From NCBI GenBank assembly GCA_964187785.1, contig OZ076409.1:4838001-4902000 (forward strand): 64,000 nucleotides of DNA. Reading direction: 5' to 3'. The notes beneath the pieces are model-generated. The model saw only the letters and a list, made by a program, of their open reading frames with translations, did no database searches and had not been told where the DNA came from. Origin of the DNA: Amphiscolops sp. MND2022 (Eukaryota). A program made the translations under genes and the position numbers. This document shows positions 14,254 through 26,948 of this stretch, in pieces (the first letter of the stretch is position 1; every line of letters starts with the position of its first letter).

Positions 14254-14384
14254 TGTCAACCATATCATGCAGTGACTTCTCTTTTTCGTGCATTTCTTCG
14301 ACTTGTTCCAGTTTAATTTTGTGTGCGTACACTTGAGACTGGCTCAATTCATCTTTGGTCAAGTTTAGACTCTCTGTCAAGTAC
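14254..14384 (-). CDS. Host gene exon: coiled coil (not in the ORF track)
   Basis: Acceptor cttttggcAG, donor A|GTAAGT; phase 2/1; YLTESLNLTKDELSQSQVYAHKIKLEQVEEMHEKEKSLHDMVD; exactly bridges the phases of the exons ending at 17668 and starting at 13502. Confidence 0.85.
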
Positions 14385-14567
14385 CTGCCAAAAGTTCAAC
14401 AAGTTGACCAACCCGGATTCGAACTCATAATGTTCGATCACTTTGCATTTATCTCAAATCTTGATAAATGCCTGAAAAAAGAGTGACGCAGCATGAAAAT
14501 ATTGAGCAAGAAAACTTCCCTAAGCAGCTCCCAAAACCCTAATAACTTTGTCTTGCAACGTATAACC

Positions 14568-14985
14568 AACCAGCCGGGAACGGCCCAAGTCGGCGCCATA
14601 TCTAAGGCTCAACAAATTGTGAAATTTCTGGGAAAAAAAAATTTGGGGGAAAAATAAAAACGTTATATCCGAACTTTAAAAACGTTATATCAGAACTTTG
14701 AAAACGTTACATCCGAACTTTAAAAACGTTACATCCGAACTTTGAAAAAGTTATATCCGAACTTTGAAAACGTTATAGCCGAACTTTGAAAACGTTATAT
14801 GCAAGTTTTAAAACGTTAGTTACATCAGAACTTTGAAACGTTATAGCCGAACTGAAATCCGGGTTGACATCTCGGGTGAAGTTGAACAAATGAACAAAAG
14901 GGGGACCATACAGAGTGAACTGAAAGAAACTACCCACTGTAATAGTCGGTCTTTTTTCCTTAAGGAAAAAGGCGTCGACTAAAAA
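14568..14985 (-). mobile_element. HINE-like element carrying a 21/22-bp tandem array (aaaacgttatatccgaacttt, about 8 copies, 14656-14852)
   Basis: Both family termini present; internal minisatellite. Confidence 0.75.
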
Positions 14986-15897
14986 CATGTAAAACATTCG
15001 AGCACTTTCAACTAGGGTTTCCATATCAACACAGTTACTCCTTTTCTTGCGCTTCTAGATCCATCAAAAAATGGCAAGATAAAATTCCATTATTGAAACC
15101 ATATGGCTCCACGTGATATTACCATTTATATAGTTATTCTATGAAATTGTACGAAAAATGGGTTTGATATGGTTCGTTCGTATTACGAAATCATATGAAA
15201 TTAAGTTGATTGTTTGGTTCCATCAATGAAAATGGTGATTTCAGATCCGGGAAAAATATTGAAGTTCATATTTCAATCCTTCTTGGTCAATATACAGTAC
15301 TGTGATGAAAAAATCGTCCCCCTATGACGTTCTCAGCCAATTAAAATCGTTTATTTGCTCTCACTTACAATTTTGATCAGCGCATCAAGTGAACTTCATG
15401 TGAATTGAGGAATTTTTACTTTTTGAGCTGGGTATTCCAAAACCGGTTGATCATTTTCGAAATCAAAATACATCCATAGCTTCAGTAGATTTGTGGGAGT
15501 TAATTGAGATTAAAACTTGCGAAAAACTGTGGTCAAAACCGTTAAAAATTGGAAAAACGCCAGACAGTCCCAATTTTGCTCGAAATGAGCAATTTGTGAC
15601 TCCCTAATTTTTTGTCTCAGAAATTTTTAATTAATCTGAGAACGGCCCAAGTCGGCGCCTCGTTCAAGGTTCAAAACTGTAAAGTTTTTTTATATGCAAA
15701 AGACACCATTGTAAAATTTCCCCGCATGGATACGCATAACACTCGAAAACCACTTTCTCCTCAACTAGAAACAGCAAAAACCTATCTTGCTCAAATGAAA
15801 ACCTCTAAAAAATGAAAAATTGAGAAAAAAGTTTTCGAATATTTTGAATTTTTCTCAAAAAAGGTCTCCAGTAAGTCAAATAGTGCCGAAAACCCTA

Positions 15898-15922
15898 AGT
15901 AGTAGTAGTAGTAGTAGTAGTA
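15898..15922. repeat. (AGT)n microsatellite
   Basis: About 8 AGT units. Confidence 0.9.
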
Positions 15923-16217
15923 AAAGACTCAATTCCAATTACGGAAATTATTTAACAAAGAAAAAATAATTATAGCGAACAAAACATAAATCAGGTGAAT
16001 TAGGACCTACAACAAGTGCACATACATTTGAGGTAGAAGCAACAAGAATTATCAATGTTAAAATTCTAAGGAGTCCTCTATGCTCGCAGAACCTTTGGCT
16101 TCTAGTAAACATCGAGGGGGGCTTCGATAAAAACAAAGTGGAAAAAGTCGCGTACTGCCGAAAACACGCCGCTACTAAAAAAAAAGAAAATTATGATCCA
16201 GTGCTTTATTTTATCTA

Positions 16218-16540
16218 AATTTCGATATAGCGCAAACGTCGCCTCCTCTTTAGTTGAGCGAAATATGCTTCGAATATGACGTCAAACGTTTGGATATAGC
16301 CTGCTGCGATATGAGAATGCTTTCCGAACCTCGTTCTTTTTTAGCAAAACCCAATTCACTTCGGATATAACGTCAAAATTTGGATATAGCGCAATTTTTG
16401 AACATCCTCTTTCTTCGTATTAAAACGCAATATACTCCGGATATAGCGTCAAAAGTTCGGATCAAACGCAATATCTTTGATCACCTCTTAAATGAAAGCA
16501 ACTTACTACGGATATAACGTCGAAAGATTGGATATAGCGT
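16218..16540. repeat. Degenerate tandem repeat built on ggatatagcg
   Basis: About 10 recurrences of (t)cggatata(g/a)cg at roughly 20-40 bp spacing. Confidence 0.7.
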
Positions 16541-17094
16541 GTTGGGCCACTGAGAAAACCTACTTTTAAGACAAAAAATATTCATTTTGAAAAACTTTAC
16601 AATGCCGAACATTGTAAAAAGACTTTTGGCGTTTTGAAAATCCAGTTAGTTGCAAAATATTTAAAAAATTGAAGAGGAGATCCTTTGGAGGCATTAACAA
16701 CTTTGCGAGAAAATGTCTAACAAAGCTGAAATGTCTCATAGTGCCGAAAAGTTAGAAAATGGGGACCCTTCTGCTTTGGAATGGTTTTTGTACTTCATGT
16801 TAGAGGCTTTGGATGCATTCAAAATGAAGTACTCAAGACATGGTAAAAGTGTACAAGGTACAAAAAATGAACCGATTCCATTGAACTGACGAAAAAAGCT
16901 AATCACTGTAAGAGTCGTACTTTTTCTTCAAAAACGCCGACTAAAAATACTAATGTAATCTAGATGAAAATCTAAGAAACTTTAATTGTGATGTTTTTTC
17001 AAAATTTTCAACCGATTTCGAGAATTTAAATTCATGTTATTTCAAAAGTTTATTCATTCTAAGTATGCAAGTATAAATTCAGTGTTTTCCTTTT

Positions 17095-17630
17095 TTTTAA
17101 TCGGCGCTTTTCTTGAACAGAGCCAACTATAGTTATAGCTTTTTGTCAGTGTTTTTTAATTTTTTTTCGATACACCTGAAATGACCAAAAAAGTTATACA
17201 AAATTTTAAGAAGACGCCAAATTGTACATCTTGGCCCAAGGAACTGAGCCAAAAATGTTTCTCGCGTAACATACAATACCGGACGAGACCAAAGGGTCCC
17301 CCTTTCAGTTTTTTCCGGCATTGAGAGATTTTTTTCGGACAAAAAAATTCCCCAAAGGGTCCCCCTTTCAGTTTTGTTTCGGCATTGCAGGACTTTTTTT
17401 CGGAAAAACAATTTTCCCCAAAGGATCCTCCTTCAGTTTTTTTGGGGTTTTGCGACAGATGGATGTTGAAAACCCCAAAGGGTCCTCACTTTCTGTTTCT
17501 TTTCGGCATTGTGAGACCTTTTTCAAAAACTTTTTCGGGTGCTGTAGACGAGAATACTTTGACACTTTGAAGTCATTTTATTTTTTTGAGCTTTAGATAT
17601 GGCGCCGACTTGGGCCGGTCCCGGCTTGTT
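17095..17630 (+). mobile_element. HINE-like element
   Basis: Both termini; aaagggtccccctttc internal repeats. Confidence 0.75.
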
Positions 17631-17667
17631 TAGTTTGATTTCACGAAGACAAAAAAGTGAGAATTAC

Positions 17668-17836
17668 TGGTTGTCTCGCTCGAGTTCTTTGAACTCATCG
17701 GCCAGTTCAGTTCGTTCTTTGTCGACTTCTTCCAGATCCAGTTTCAGTTGCGCATTCTCGCTTTCCAGCACATCCAGCTTAGATTGCAACTCACTCATCT
17801 CAGATTGCACCAACTCCTTCATCTCCTCTTGACGCT
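17668..17836 (-). CDS. Host gene exon: coiled coil (alternative in-phase acceptor would start it at 17881)
   Basis: Acceptor gtttAG, donor CA|GTAATT; (E)RQEEMKELVQSEMSELQSKLDVLESENAQLKLDLEEVDKERTELADEFKELERDN(Q). Confidence 0.8.
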
Positions 17837-18114
17837 CTAAACACCACACTAGAAAAGTAGTCCCATCCTTTTCGGTCAGCGCTGCATGAAAAATACACCT
17901 ATTATTATTGTGGTTTTTCCTTTGGACTGAGATCTAAAATTCCGAAGGGATGTAAAGGGTTCTCCGGTCGATTTTGCAGCATTTTCATTTTAATTACAAA
18001 GCTTTATGAGATCCAAAGATTTTTGCACTGGGCGGATTTTTGCGAAATTACTTTTACTTCTCAGAATGAGAATCTCTTCTTTTTTAAATACTTTAGGTCA
18101 GTAAAAAGATTTTT

Positions 18115-20095
18115 CGGACCATGTCATCTATTTAACACCCCCCCCCCCCCAGGTACACCTTGTTGTGAATTTTCCTCCAACACTAAAGCACATTTTGTTC
18201 TTGAATAAAAATATTTCTCGATTACGAGAATATTATATGAATGTATGTACTTAGAGGATTGTCTCTACAACTGTTTGGACACTTCAGCTAAAAAAATTAC
18301 AATAATTTTTTGATATTATTGTCCAAAATAGCAGAAATTCACGTTTGAAACAACTAAAATCGTATAAAGGCCCCTATTTCAGCGCAAATTTTGACCGCTA
18401 TAAAATCTAATGAGCAACTTTTAACTGACAGTCAATGTAATGGATAGGATTATGTCGACATCAATTATTTTACTGGACCAAAATTCCAACGCAAACAATG
18501 TCGACATAATGGTAGTTGAACCTTGTGTTTCATTTCCCCCCAAGCGGCCACAGGTTCAAATACCATTATGTCGACATTGTTTGCGTTGGAACTTTGGTCC
18601 AATAAAATAATTGATGTCGACATAATCCTATCCATTAAAGTGACTGCCAGTCAAACTCTTTCGGATTCGCGGGAATTATTGACTCCGTCGAAAAATAGTA
18701 AAAAGGTGAACAAATCCACTTGAAGCAATCTGATTTTTTTTCGAAACGGGACAACTTTTTTGATCAACGAATGTAGTGAAGAGTAATCACCAAGGGACAG
18801 AATTTTAGGTCATTATAAACGCAAAACAGGCGCCTTCGCAGATCAAATAACACGCAAAAAAGGTCGAAAAGAAAGTCAAAATTTTAATTTCCAACCCTCG
18901 TATACACCAATTTTTGCAGAGTTTCTTCGCTAATATTAGCAGAATATAAGTGTTCAGCTTCAGTCACACTAAAAAGTATCTCAATTTCACATGATGTAAG
19001 GGGTGCATAACAGAAACAAGCCATATTTCGACGGCTTTTGTGGAGTCCCGGGTTTGTAAATTTCATATATCATGCTGCCATACTTTTTACGCCAATTGGG
19101 TCAAAATCAGCAAAATAGATGAAAACAGGTTATTTGGAAAACCCCCCGTTAGTTAAAGTAGAACGGGTCAAAACCTTCTTTCCGGTCCCTGGTAATCACT
19201 TCATTCCGTTCTAAGTGTTGACTAAGGGATTGGAAAATATCAATTGCAATTCAATTGATATTCAACACAGAGGCGAAGCCGTGCTTCGCAAACACTTGCG
19301 AACTTTTGAAGAAAACCAAATAAGCAATATCATACGGAAAACCAAGGGTAAAAGGAGATTAAAATTTCATCAACTTTACAGCGCCAAAAAATACCCGAAG
19401 GGATACGCGTAAGCCTCGAAAACAATTCTTCCCCAACTGAAAACAGCAAAAACCCATTCTTTCTCAACGGAAAACCTTAAACAGAAAATAGAAAAAAAAA
19501 TTCAAAATTTTTCGAAAACATTTTTGATGGGCTCCGGTAAGTCGCAAAGCCTTGAGGAGTCCTCTCGCAAAGCGTTTCGTTTCTTGTAAAAATTGAGCAG
19601 GGTGGTGTAGAATATGGTGTAGAAGGACTGTACAATATTTCGTTCGAATCGTACTTACAGTGAAAGTGACTGTTTTCTGGCCTGTTTTTGGGCTAATTTT
19701 GGCTATGTTTCTCACATCCAGGCCATACGATTTTGATGCCTTTGCACACGCAGGGGCCCCTTTGGGTGTAGAATGACTGCAAAATTTCGTGAAAATCGTA
19801 TGGACAGTTTTTGAGAAATTTGAAATTTTCATGAAAAGGTCGGGAGACAAAAAAACAAAAAAAACAGCACGATTGCATAAGTAGTCGAAAATTTTTTCCG
19901 ACTCCTAAAAATTAGGGTATTTTTTGCCTGAAATGTCAAAACAGTTGTAGAGACAATCCTTTAAGTATTTACATTCATATAATATTCTCTTATCAGTGAA
20001 ATTTTTATTCAAGAACAAAATGTGCTTTCGTGTTGGGGGGGGGTATGGATTCGCAACAAGGTGTACATGAGGGGATTGAACACATGGTCCAAAAT
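18115..20095. mobile_element. Foldback/palindromic element centred near 18537, right arm interrupted
   Basis: 18423-18523 inverted to 18554-18652; 18115-18296 inverted to about 19920-20095; single-arm relatives near 706-1030 and 8598-9240. Confidence 0.65.
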
Positions 20096-21193
20096 GGCTT
20101 TATTTTATTGGAGCCTACAGTTTCCAACTCTGGCTGAGTCGGCTGCTTTTCCGAAATTTAATCTTCCTCAAAATGAACATTCATATAACAAATCAGGCTG
20201 AAGTTTTCAACCTTCTGTCTTATTCCCCCATATATACATGGGGGGAAGATGACATGGTCCAATTTTTCGAGACCCATGGCCGCATCCTTGTTATATTTCG
20301 ACATTGGGATATTGTTGAGGGTTTTCACATAATGAAATAACTTGCTCTGTTTCAGCATTCTGTAGTTTACTGGTTTAGTTCCAATAGGTTCTGGTAGAAA
20401 TTGTGAAGAAAAAAAACACGTCGGAATCAAGATTTTTTTCCAGAAAACGGAATGAAAAAATTGCATGCTGCATTTGATACGCAAAACCTGAATAGTTAAT
20501 TATTAAACCGTAGATATTTCCGACAATGAAGAAACTTTTACTCAGATATTCAAAGAGTTGTTTTTAAAGTCAAGCAACGATCGCTTGGTTAGAGCAAGTT
20601 TGGTAAATGCTCAGGTCTTTTCGTTCAAAATGGTTGCGAACTTTGAGTGAACTTTGAACTTCAAATATAATCGAGTTCTTGGATAAACTGAAATTGAATG
20701 AATATAAGATGAATGGGTCTGAATTGGAGTAAATAATAATGAAAGAGTGAAAATAAAACTGAATCATAAAGTTCATGGTTTGATGTCTTTATGTCGACAG
20801 TAACTCGGCTGAAAAACGAAAACTTGGGGAGAGAAATGTCGACTATGGATCCGCAAAAACTCGAACGGGTTAAATTATGACAACATTACAAATTATAAAG
20901 TTGTTTGATTGTTTTTCACAGAGATCTATGAATCAAATTCCTCTGAGCTTAAATCCGGGTGGTTGAAATTTTAGTTCATTCAGGGATCAATCATTTAAAG
21001 CAATACATTTCGACGTGCTTGTATTCTACAAAAACCTGTTTTTTTTCATTGTGAAAAAAAAATGAAGAAATAGGTCAATCCTTTCACGAAATACCATTTG
21101 TGGACATGCATGTTAATCATGGAGTTAGCATGCTTTAGATCGCTGATCATGCATGTAAACGCATGGGATTCCAACGCGGGGGATTCCAACAAA

Positions 21194-21571
21194 GGGAGCA
21201 TGGTATAGTGGTTAGAGCATTCAGTTCGTACTGAGGCAGTAGCAGGTTCGAATCGCTCTCAACCCCCTATGGTTGTGCCTTTAGCAAGTCCTCAATCCTT
21301 GGCTTAGTGGTAAGGTCAGTGACAAAAAATGACGCATTTGGCGGAGAAAAGGAAAACAAAAAGAGCAACGGTGAGCAGTCAGACATTTGTGACCTTGAGC
21401 AAGTCACTTTGAAACCACAGCTTCAAGTCCACCATTGCTTGACTATTTGGCTGCAAATATGGTATCATAGCATGCTATGGGGAGATAGCATCCGAAAGGG
21501 CGCCGACTTAGAAAAGCAGAACTGCTTATTCGGCGTCCACCCCGCGGTAATATGGAAATTAACTTTATTTT
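21194..21571 (+). mobile_element. tRNA-derived SINE
   Basis: A-box-like TGGTATAGTGG, B-box GGTTCGAATC, central gtgaccttgagcaagtcactt motif typical of SINE conserved bodies, T-rich tail; no intact cloverleaf. Confidence 0.7.
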
Positions 21572-21765
21572 GAATATAATCTACATATTTTCATTCCATC
21601 TACTCATTGTAGAAGATTTGGAACCTATCCCAAGGATGGGAAGTTTATTGTGGTAACGCTTGATCTTAACCCAGCAATTTAGGATATTAGCTGCATAGTG
21701 CATTTCGAATTTATTCCAGTAATTATTCACTTAATTCTAGTTATTTCACATCTTTTTAATTTAGC

Positions 21766-22374
21766 TTTTTAGTCGGCTATTTTTCCTTTAAGGAAAAAAG
21801 CCCGACTATTACAATGGCTAGTTTTTTTTTTCGTCAGACCACAGAGCTCATCGCGTATGTACCACTTTTTACAGAAACTGATAAGACTACTCAGGCCAAG
21901 TCAGGCCAATGGAAACTTAGTGCAAAGGGTCCCCCCTTTCATTTTTTACCTTTTTAACGTAACCTACAAAACCGGAAGAGACCAAAGGGTCCCCCCTTTC
22001 AATTTTTTTTCGGCACTGTGCGAAATTTTTTGCGAAAATTTTTTAAGGTCTCAAAAGAGTCCCCCCTTCGAGTTTTTTGTTATTTTGCAACAGAATGTAT
22101 GTTAATGAATCCCAAAGGGTCCCCCCTTTTCATTTTTCGGCACTATGCGACATTTTCGAAGTTTTTTTCAAAAAAAAAATTTTTCAAAAAAATTTTCAAA
22201 TTTTTCCAGTCGGGAAACAGTGATTTTCCAGTCTTATCGAGCATGAAAGGCACACTTTGGGTGTCTCGAAAGTGTTTTCAAAGCTTTTCATGAATACGTC
22301 CTGAACATATTTAGAAAACTTTGCGCTTCTTGAGCCTTAGATATAGCGCCGACTTTAGACGTTCCCGTCTTGTT
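21766..22374 (+). mobile_element. HINE-like element
   Basis: tttttAGTCGGC...CCGACT 5' stem; 3' GCGCCGACT plus AGACG-ttcc-CGTCT hairpin plus tgtt. Confidence 0.75.
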
Positions 22375-22457
22375 AAATCTATCTTTAGTATTTCTAGATA
22401 TTATTCCGTGGTTTTAGATTTTTATAATTTAGGATTGTCTTTTATCGTTCAGCAGTT

Positions 22458-22732
22458 AGTAGTAATTGAATTCCCGTTCCCGATATATAAGAAAAAATTT
22501 AAGTTCGTAAAATTATCAAACTTTAGCCTTTTTTCAAGGCAAATCATCAAAAACTAGCCTTTTTTCACAACTAAAAAATTACCCGTTATTGATATATAAG
22601 AAAGATTTAAGCTCGTAAAATCATTAAAAAATTAATCTTTTTTCACAAAATACCAATCAAACCATCTAAAAATTAGCCTTTTTTCGCAACTAAAAATTTA
22701 ACAAAATAAAAATCAATGAACAAATTTTTCCA
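22458..22732 (+). repeat. Polinton left terminal inverted repeat
   Basis: Reverse complement of 35877-36151 with about 5 mismatches; contains internal sub-repeats (cccgtt..gatatataagaaa.atttaag.tcgtaaaat x2; agccttttttc x3). Confidence 0.95.
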
Positions 22733-22780
22733 ATGGAAAATTCATTGACCAAGATCTAATCATGGAAAAACAACTATTAA

Positions 22781-23173
22781 ATGAATTATTTATCATTCAA
22801 AGAATTTGTTAATAAACATGGATTAAAAATTGAAGCAACTTCTAATGTAAAAAAAGAAATACTTAATGAATTAAATATTCCGTGTGGAATATACATGAGA
22901 GATGATAAGTTTAACACTACCAGTGGTATAGTTAACTTACATCCCTCAGTGGGAACACACTGGGTTATGTTAACAAATCAAAACTATTTCGATTCAAATG
23001 GCTGTCCACCACCACTAAATAAAACAAAACAAATTAATAATGGCATCTATTCAGAATATCAAATCCAGAAAGACGACAGTTATTGTGCAGCTTATTGTTT
23101 GTATGTGTTGTATCTCACAAATATAATTGGCTTCAAAAATGCAGTTTTAAATTTATACTACCAAAATTTATAA
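22781..23173 (+). CDS. Polinton adenain-like cysteine (maturation) protease
   Basis: Catalytic motifs GTHWV, YFDSNG, QIQ..DSYCAAYC (His-Asp-Gln-Cys arrangement). Confidence 0.9.
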   Translation: MNYLSFKEFVNKHGLKIEATSNVKKEILNELNIPCGIYMRDDKFNTTSGIVNLHPSVGTHWVMLTNQNYFDSNGCPPPLNKTKQINNGIYSEYQIQKDDSYCAAYCLYVLYLTNIIGFKNAVLNLYYQNL

Positions 23174-23180
23174 TTCCTAA

Positions 23181-23363
23181 ATGAAGAAAATTAATAATTA
23201 TTCAGCTCAATTTAAAGTTATTCAAAAGCCAGAGAATGAAAATAATAATAAAATTCATAAGCAAAGCTCATTCGGTAATAATTCAAAAAAGAAATTATCA
23301 AAACAAAACCAAGAATTTATAAATAAGATATCCGCAAGTGGATTTAAACAAATTTTCTCCTAA
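23181..23363 (+). CDS. Polinton small basic hypothetical protein (60 aa)
   Basis: Tightly packed between protease and minor capsid gene; starts in the same TAAATG context as its neighbours. Confidence 0.5.
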   Translation: MKKINNYSAQFKVIQKPENENNNKIHKQSSFGNNSKKKLSKQNQEFINKISASGFKQIFS

Positions 23364-23366
23364 TAA

Positions 23367-24413
23367 ATGGATCTATCAAACTTTATAACCTATGATAAAA
23401 AAGAATCTCTTTTATTGAGTATTGCAAAATCTAATTTGGATATTGTTGAAAATACCTAATCCAAACCTCAGAAAACTCTAGAATTTAAAATGAATAAACC
23501 AAAAGAATCTTTTTCATTTGATATTCCTTTGGAATTGCCTGAACAATGGATGATGGGAGTAACAAGTTTAGAAGTATAAAATACAGTTTATAACATTACT
23601 GAGAAGAACAATAAATTTAAATTTCTTTATACAGAAAAAATGTTAAAAGAAAATGATGTTGACACTCAATTAGTAACAAATGTTGAGTATTTATATAAAA
23701 CCTCTGGTGATATAGAAAAAATTAAAAAACTTATAGTTAATGATAATGCTAAAATTAAGACTATTACTAAAACAGATTATGATTATTTGATGAAAATAAT
23801 TGATCAACTTAATCAGAATACCGAAGGTGCTTTGCACATTAAAGATAAACCAATTGTTATTTCTGGAATTGGATCTGTAACTGATTCCATTGAAATAGAA
23901 CTACCACCAGGAGCATATGAATTAGTTGATATAAATAATACCATCCAGCAAGAACTTATTAAATGTTATACTTTGCCTGGTGGTAGTTCTGACTTTAAAC
24001 TCAACATAGAAGCAGATACAATATCAATGAAATCAGTTTTAACAACTGCTAGTGGTATATATTTTAATTCAGAATTAAATAAACTTTTAGGGTTTACAAA
24101 CAAGGAATATCCAGCAGGAACTCATATATCAGAAAAACCAGTTATGATAACAACTACAGACAAAGTTCATCTTAAATGTGACTGTGTAGATGGTTCAATT
24201 GTTAATGGGATTAAAGAACAAATTTTATTTTCATTTAATCTTAGTGCTCCTATCGGATATAAAATTATAAAAGAACCCAATATTATTTTGTATAAAAAAA
24301 TAAACAAAACAAGGTTAGATAGTATTCAATTTTTCCTTGAGGATAACAATCATAACCCAGTTGATTTCAACGGGGAGACATTAACATTTACAATTCAAAT
24401 CAATAAGATTTAA
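23367..24413 (+). pseudogene. Polinton minor capsid (penton-like) protein with two in-frame stops
   Basis: Frame from ATG 23367 continues into the 23640-24413 ORF through TAA at 23457 and 23577; motifs FSFDIPLELPEQWMMGVTSLEV, DKVHLKCDCVDGSIVNG, PVDFNGETLTFTIQI typical of Polinton/adintovirus minor capsid proteins. Confidence 0.75.
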
Positions 24414-24422
24414 TATATATAA

Positions 24423-24841
24423 ATGAGCTTTAGTAAATTTAAAAATAATTCATATTGTGTTGGTGGAAAACATTATTCCACTACCAAAAATATTCGTGGA
24501 GATATTACTCAAAATAAAAAAAACAGGAGCACCTGTTAAATTATTAAGAGGTACTTGTTCAACTTGTAAAAGAAATATATCATTAATTGTATCAGATCAA
24601 ACAATTCAAGCAGAAGGATTGGGTAATTTTTTTAAACATTTGGGCTCGGCAGCCAAGAATGTCGGAAAGAATACTCAATAATCCTGGAAGAGCATTAGAG
24701 CTAGCAGCTAATATTGGTACAGCTGCAGCAAGTAAAAATCCAAAACTTATTGCCGCAACTGCTCCTGATATTATAAAATTTGTTCATCAAGAAAAAGGTC
24801 TGTACTTGGGTAAAATTTATTGTTTTACAGCCTTGCTGTAA
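24423..24841 (+). pseudogene. Polinton protein with Zn-ribbon-like N-terminus and amphipathic helix (putative membrane-active virion core protein); two frameshifts
   Basis: Reconstructed MSFSKFKNNSYCVGGKHYS...RGTCSTCKRNIS...QAEGLGNFFKHLGSAAKNVGK/ILNNPGRALELAANIGTAAASKNP; frameshifts near 24520 (A-run) and 24668. Confidence 0.6.
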
Positions 24842-24872
24842 ATTAAAAATTATTTTTTATGAATAACAAATT

Positions 24873-25808
24873 ATGTATTCAATTCATAATCGAGATGATT
24901 TAGAAAAATTAAAAAAAAATTGCAAGAATCAAAATCTTCTTTGAAAGCTGAAAGATTAAAAGAGAACCTAGGGAAGCAAGACTTTCATTATGATATGGAA
25001 GAAGTTTTTGAACCTGTTACTGAAAACCAGAAACAAAACCAAACTAAACAACAAGAACTTTCTGAAAAGCAAATACAAGCGCTACGTGATTCTACTCAAA
25101 CTACAACACAAGCAATCGAAAATCAGACAAGAGCAATAGAACACAGTAGTGATATTTTAAATAAAAATTTACAAAAATCTATCAAAGATGCTAATTCTAA
25201 CCAAGTAGACAGTTCAATTGTTAAAACAGTTTCCAACCTCCTCAACACCCAAAGTCAATTCAGATTAGAACCTGTGGAAGGTAATCCAAATTTATTCATT
25301 ATTAATCCTTTTACTAATCCACAACAAGTATTAATCAAAGGTTCAACAATGACTTTCGAGAATGGTAACACGTACAATTTAAATGATCCAGATCTTTCAT
25401 ATTTTATAACCTATACACAGCTTGATAAAGAAATACAAAACGAGAATCTAATTTATAATTTTTTAAAAGATATGAAATATGATCTAAATTATGGAGATAA
25501 AAAATCAAGTAGATATAATATAATTAAGCATTTATTTCAACCCCAATTAGGAAGTGGAATAAATTTTACTCGGGCTACTAACCCGAGCAAATCTTTGATT
25601 TGTGTCTTCCTTCCATCTGATCCAGATGAACTTGTAGATCAATTAAAACTACTTTATTTTGAAAAAGTAGGAGGAAATGATAACCCTATGCGTTAATGAA
25701 CAAATTATAGCAATTGCAGATAAATTATTACAGTACCAATGCATTACAACAAATCAACATCAAAACCTAGTAAGCACATTTACTAAAAAGGATCAGATTG
25801 TGGATTAA
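24873..25808 (+). pseudogene. Polinton hypothetical protein (coiled-coil N-terminus, FLPSDPDELV..L C-terminus); frameshifted at both ends
   Basis: ORF 24920-25696 extends upstream (MYSIHNRDDLEKLKK) and downstream (NEQIIAIADKLLQYQCIT) by single frameshifts. Confidence 0.6.
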
Positions 25809-26754
25809 ATATCTGGTATTGCAGATTGGATTCATTACATATCATATACTTACTCCCATTTTTATCTTCTAATCTATTTATTAATAAATAGTTATACCTC
25901 TCCCGCCATGCTTCCTTTCACAAACTTTTAAATTCATCATAAGACTTATCAAAACCAGCTATGTCGGTGTATATATGTTGCACATCTTTCAATGTTTGTT
26001 GAAATAAAATTATAATATTACTTTTGTTTCTAATTGTTCTTTTAGGCAAATCAAAGTATGACTGTGATAAATAATAAACATCCAGATCATTATGTCTTCC
26101 CCTAGTAAAAAATGGATCTATTAATTTCTGTGAAGTGTCCAACATATCATCAAATACAACACAACAATTTTGAAAATCTTGAATACTTTTGTCTTCTAGA
26201 TCTTCGTCCACTGAAACATCTTCTATTTCAATTTTATTGTATTGTTCCGGACTCCTCGTAATGATACATATCTTTTGTTCAGGATTATCTAAGCGAATTA
26301 ATTGTAATTTGTTTAATAACAAATGGGTCTTACCACAAAATGATGGGGCAACTATCAATGTCCTATTACAATTATTATCAATTTGATTATTATTATCATC
26401 AATTTGAGTATTATGATTTTCATTATCATCATCAATTTGATTATTGTCAATTTGATTATTATCATCATCAATTTGATTTTCATTATCATCATCAATTTGA
26501 TTATTATATACATCTTCTAATAATTTAATACATCTTTTCAAATGTTTTGATAAATATGTTATATTGAATTCCTTATTACAAAATTCACACATCAATTTTT
26601 TATTGAAACATTCTATAGATGTACTATACAATTTACCATTTTTATATTTGTAAAAATCTGTTTTCAATATATTACATTCTTTACATCTTTTTTTATTCTC
26701 ACAATCGGAGCAGACAGATTTTTCATTACTTTTTCCACAAATTATACACTTCAT
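25783..26754 (-). pseudogene. Polinton packaging ATPase 1 (A32/FtsK-like) with N-terminal Cys-rich region and NQIDDD repeats; premature TGA
   Basis: Walker A APSFCGKT, Walker B VVFDD, FFTRGRH..LSQSYF..IR motifs; frame continues past TGA at 25918-25920 (KEAWRERYNYLLIN...) to TAG at 25783. Confidence 0.88.
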
Positions 26755-26948
26755 TTATTTAGTAAAAAATCACTAAGAGCACTAAGCAAACTCACTAAGA
26801 GCATGATGTTTTAAGTGTAACCATATTTGCTTAGTGACAAAAAATGCTCTTAGTGAATTTGCTTAGTGATTTTACTAAGAAAATTACTAAGAAATCAGAT
26901 CCCTTATTTTTAATAATTTATATATTATTTAATTATATTTAACTATAT

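Noticed and set aside
21194..21270. tRNA gene
   Set aside because: A and B boxes are present but there is no proper acceptor stem, and it continues into a SINE-like body.
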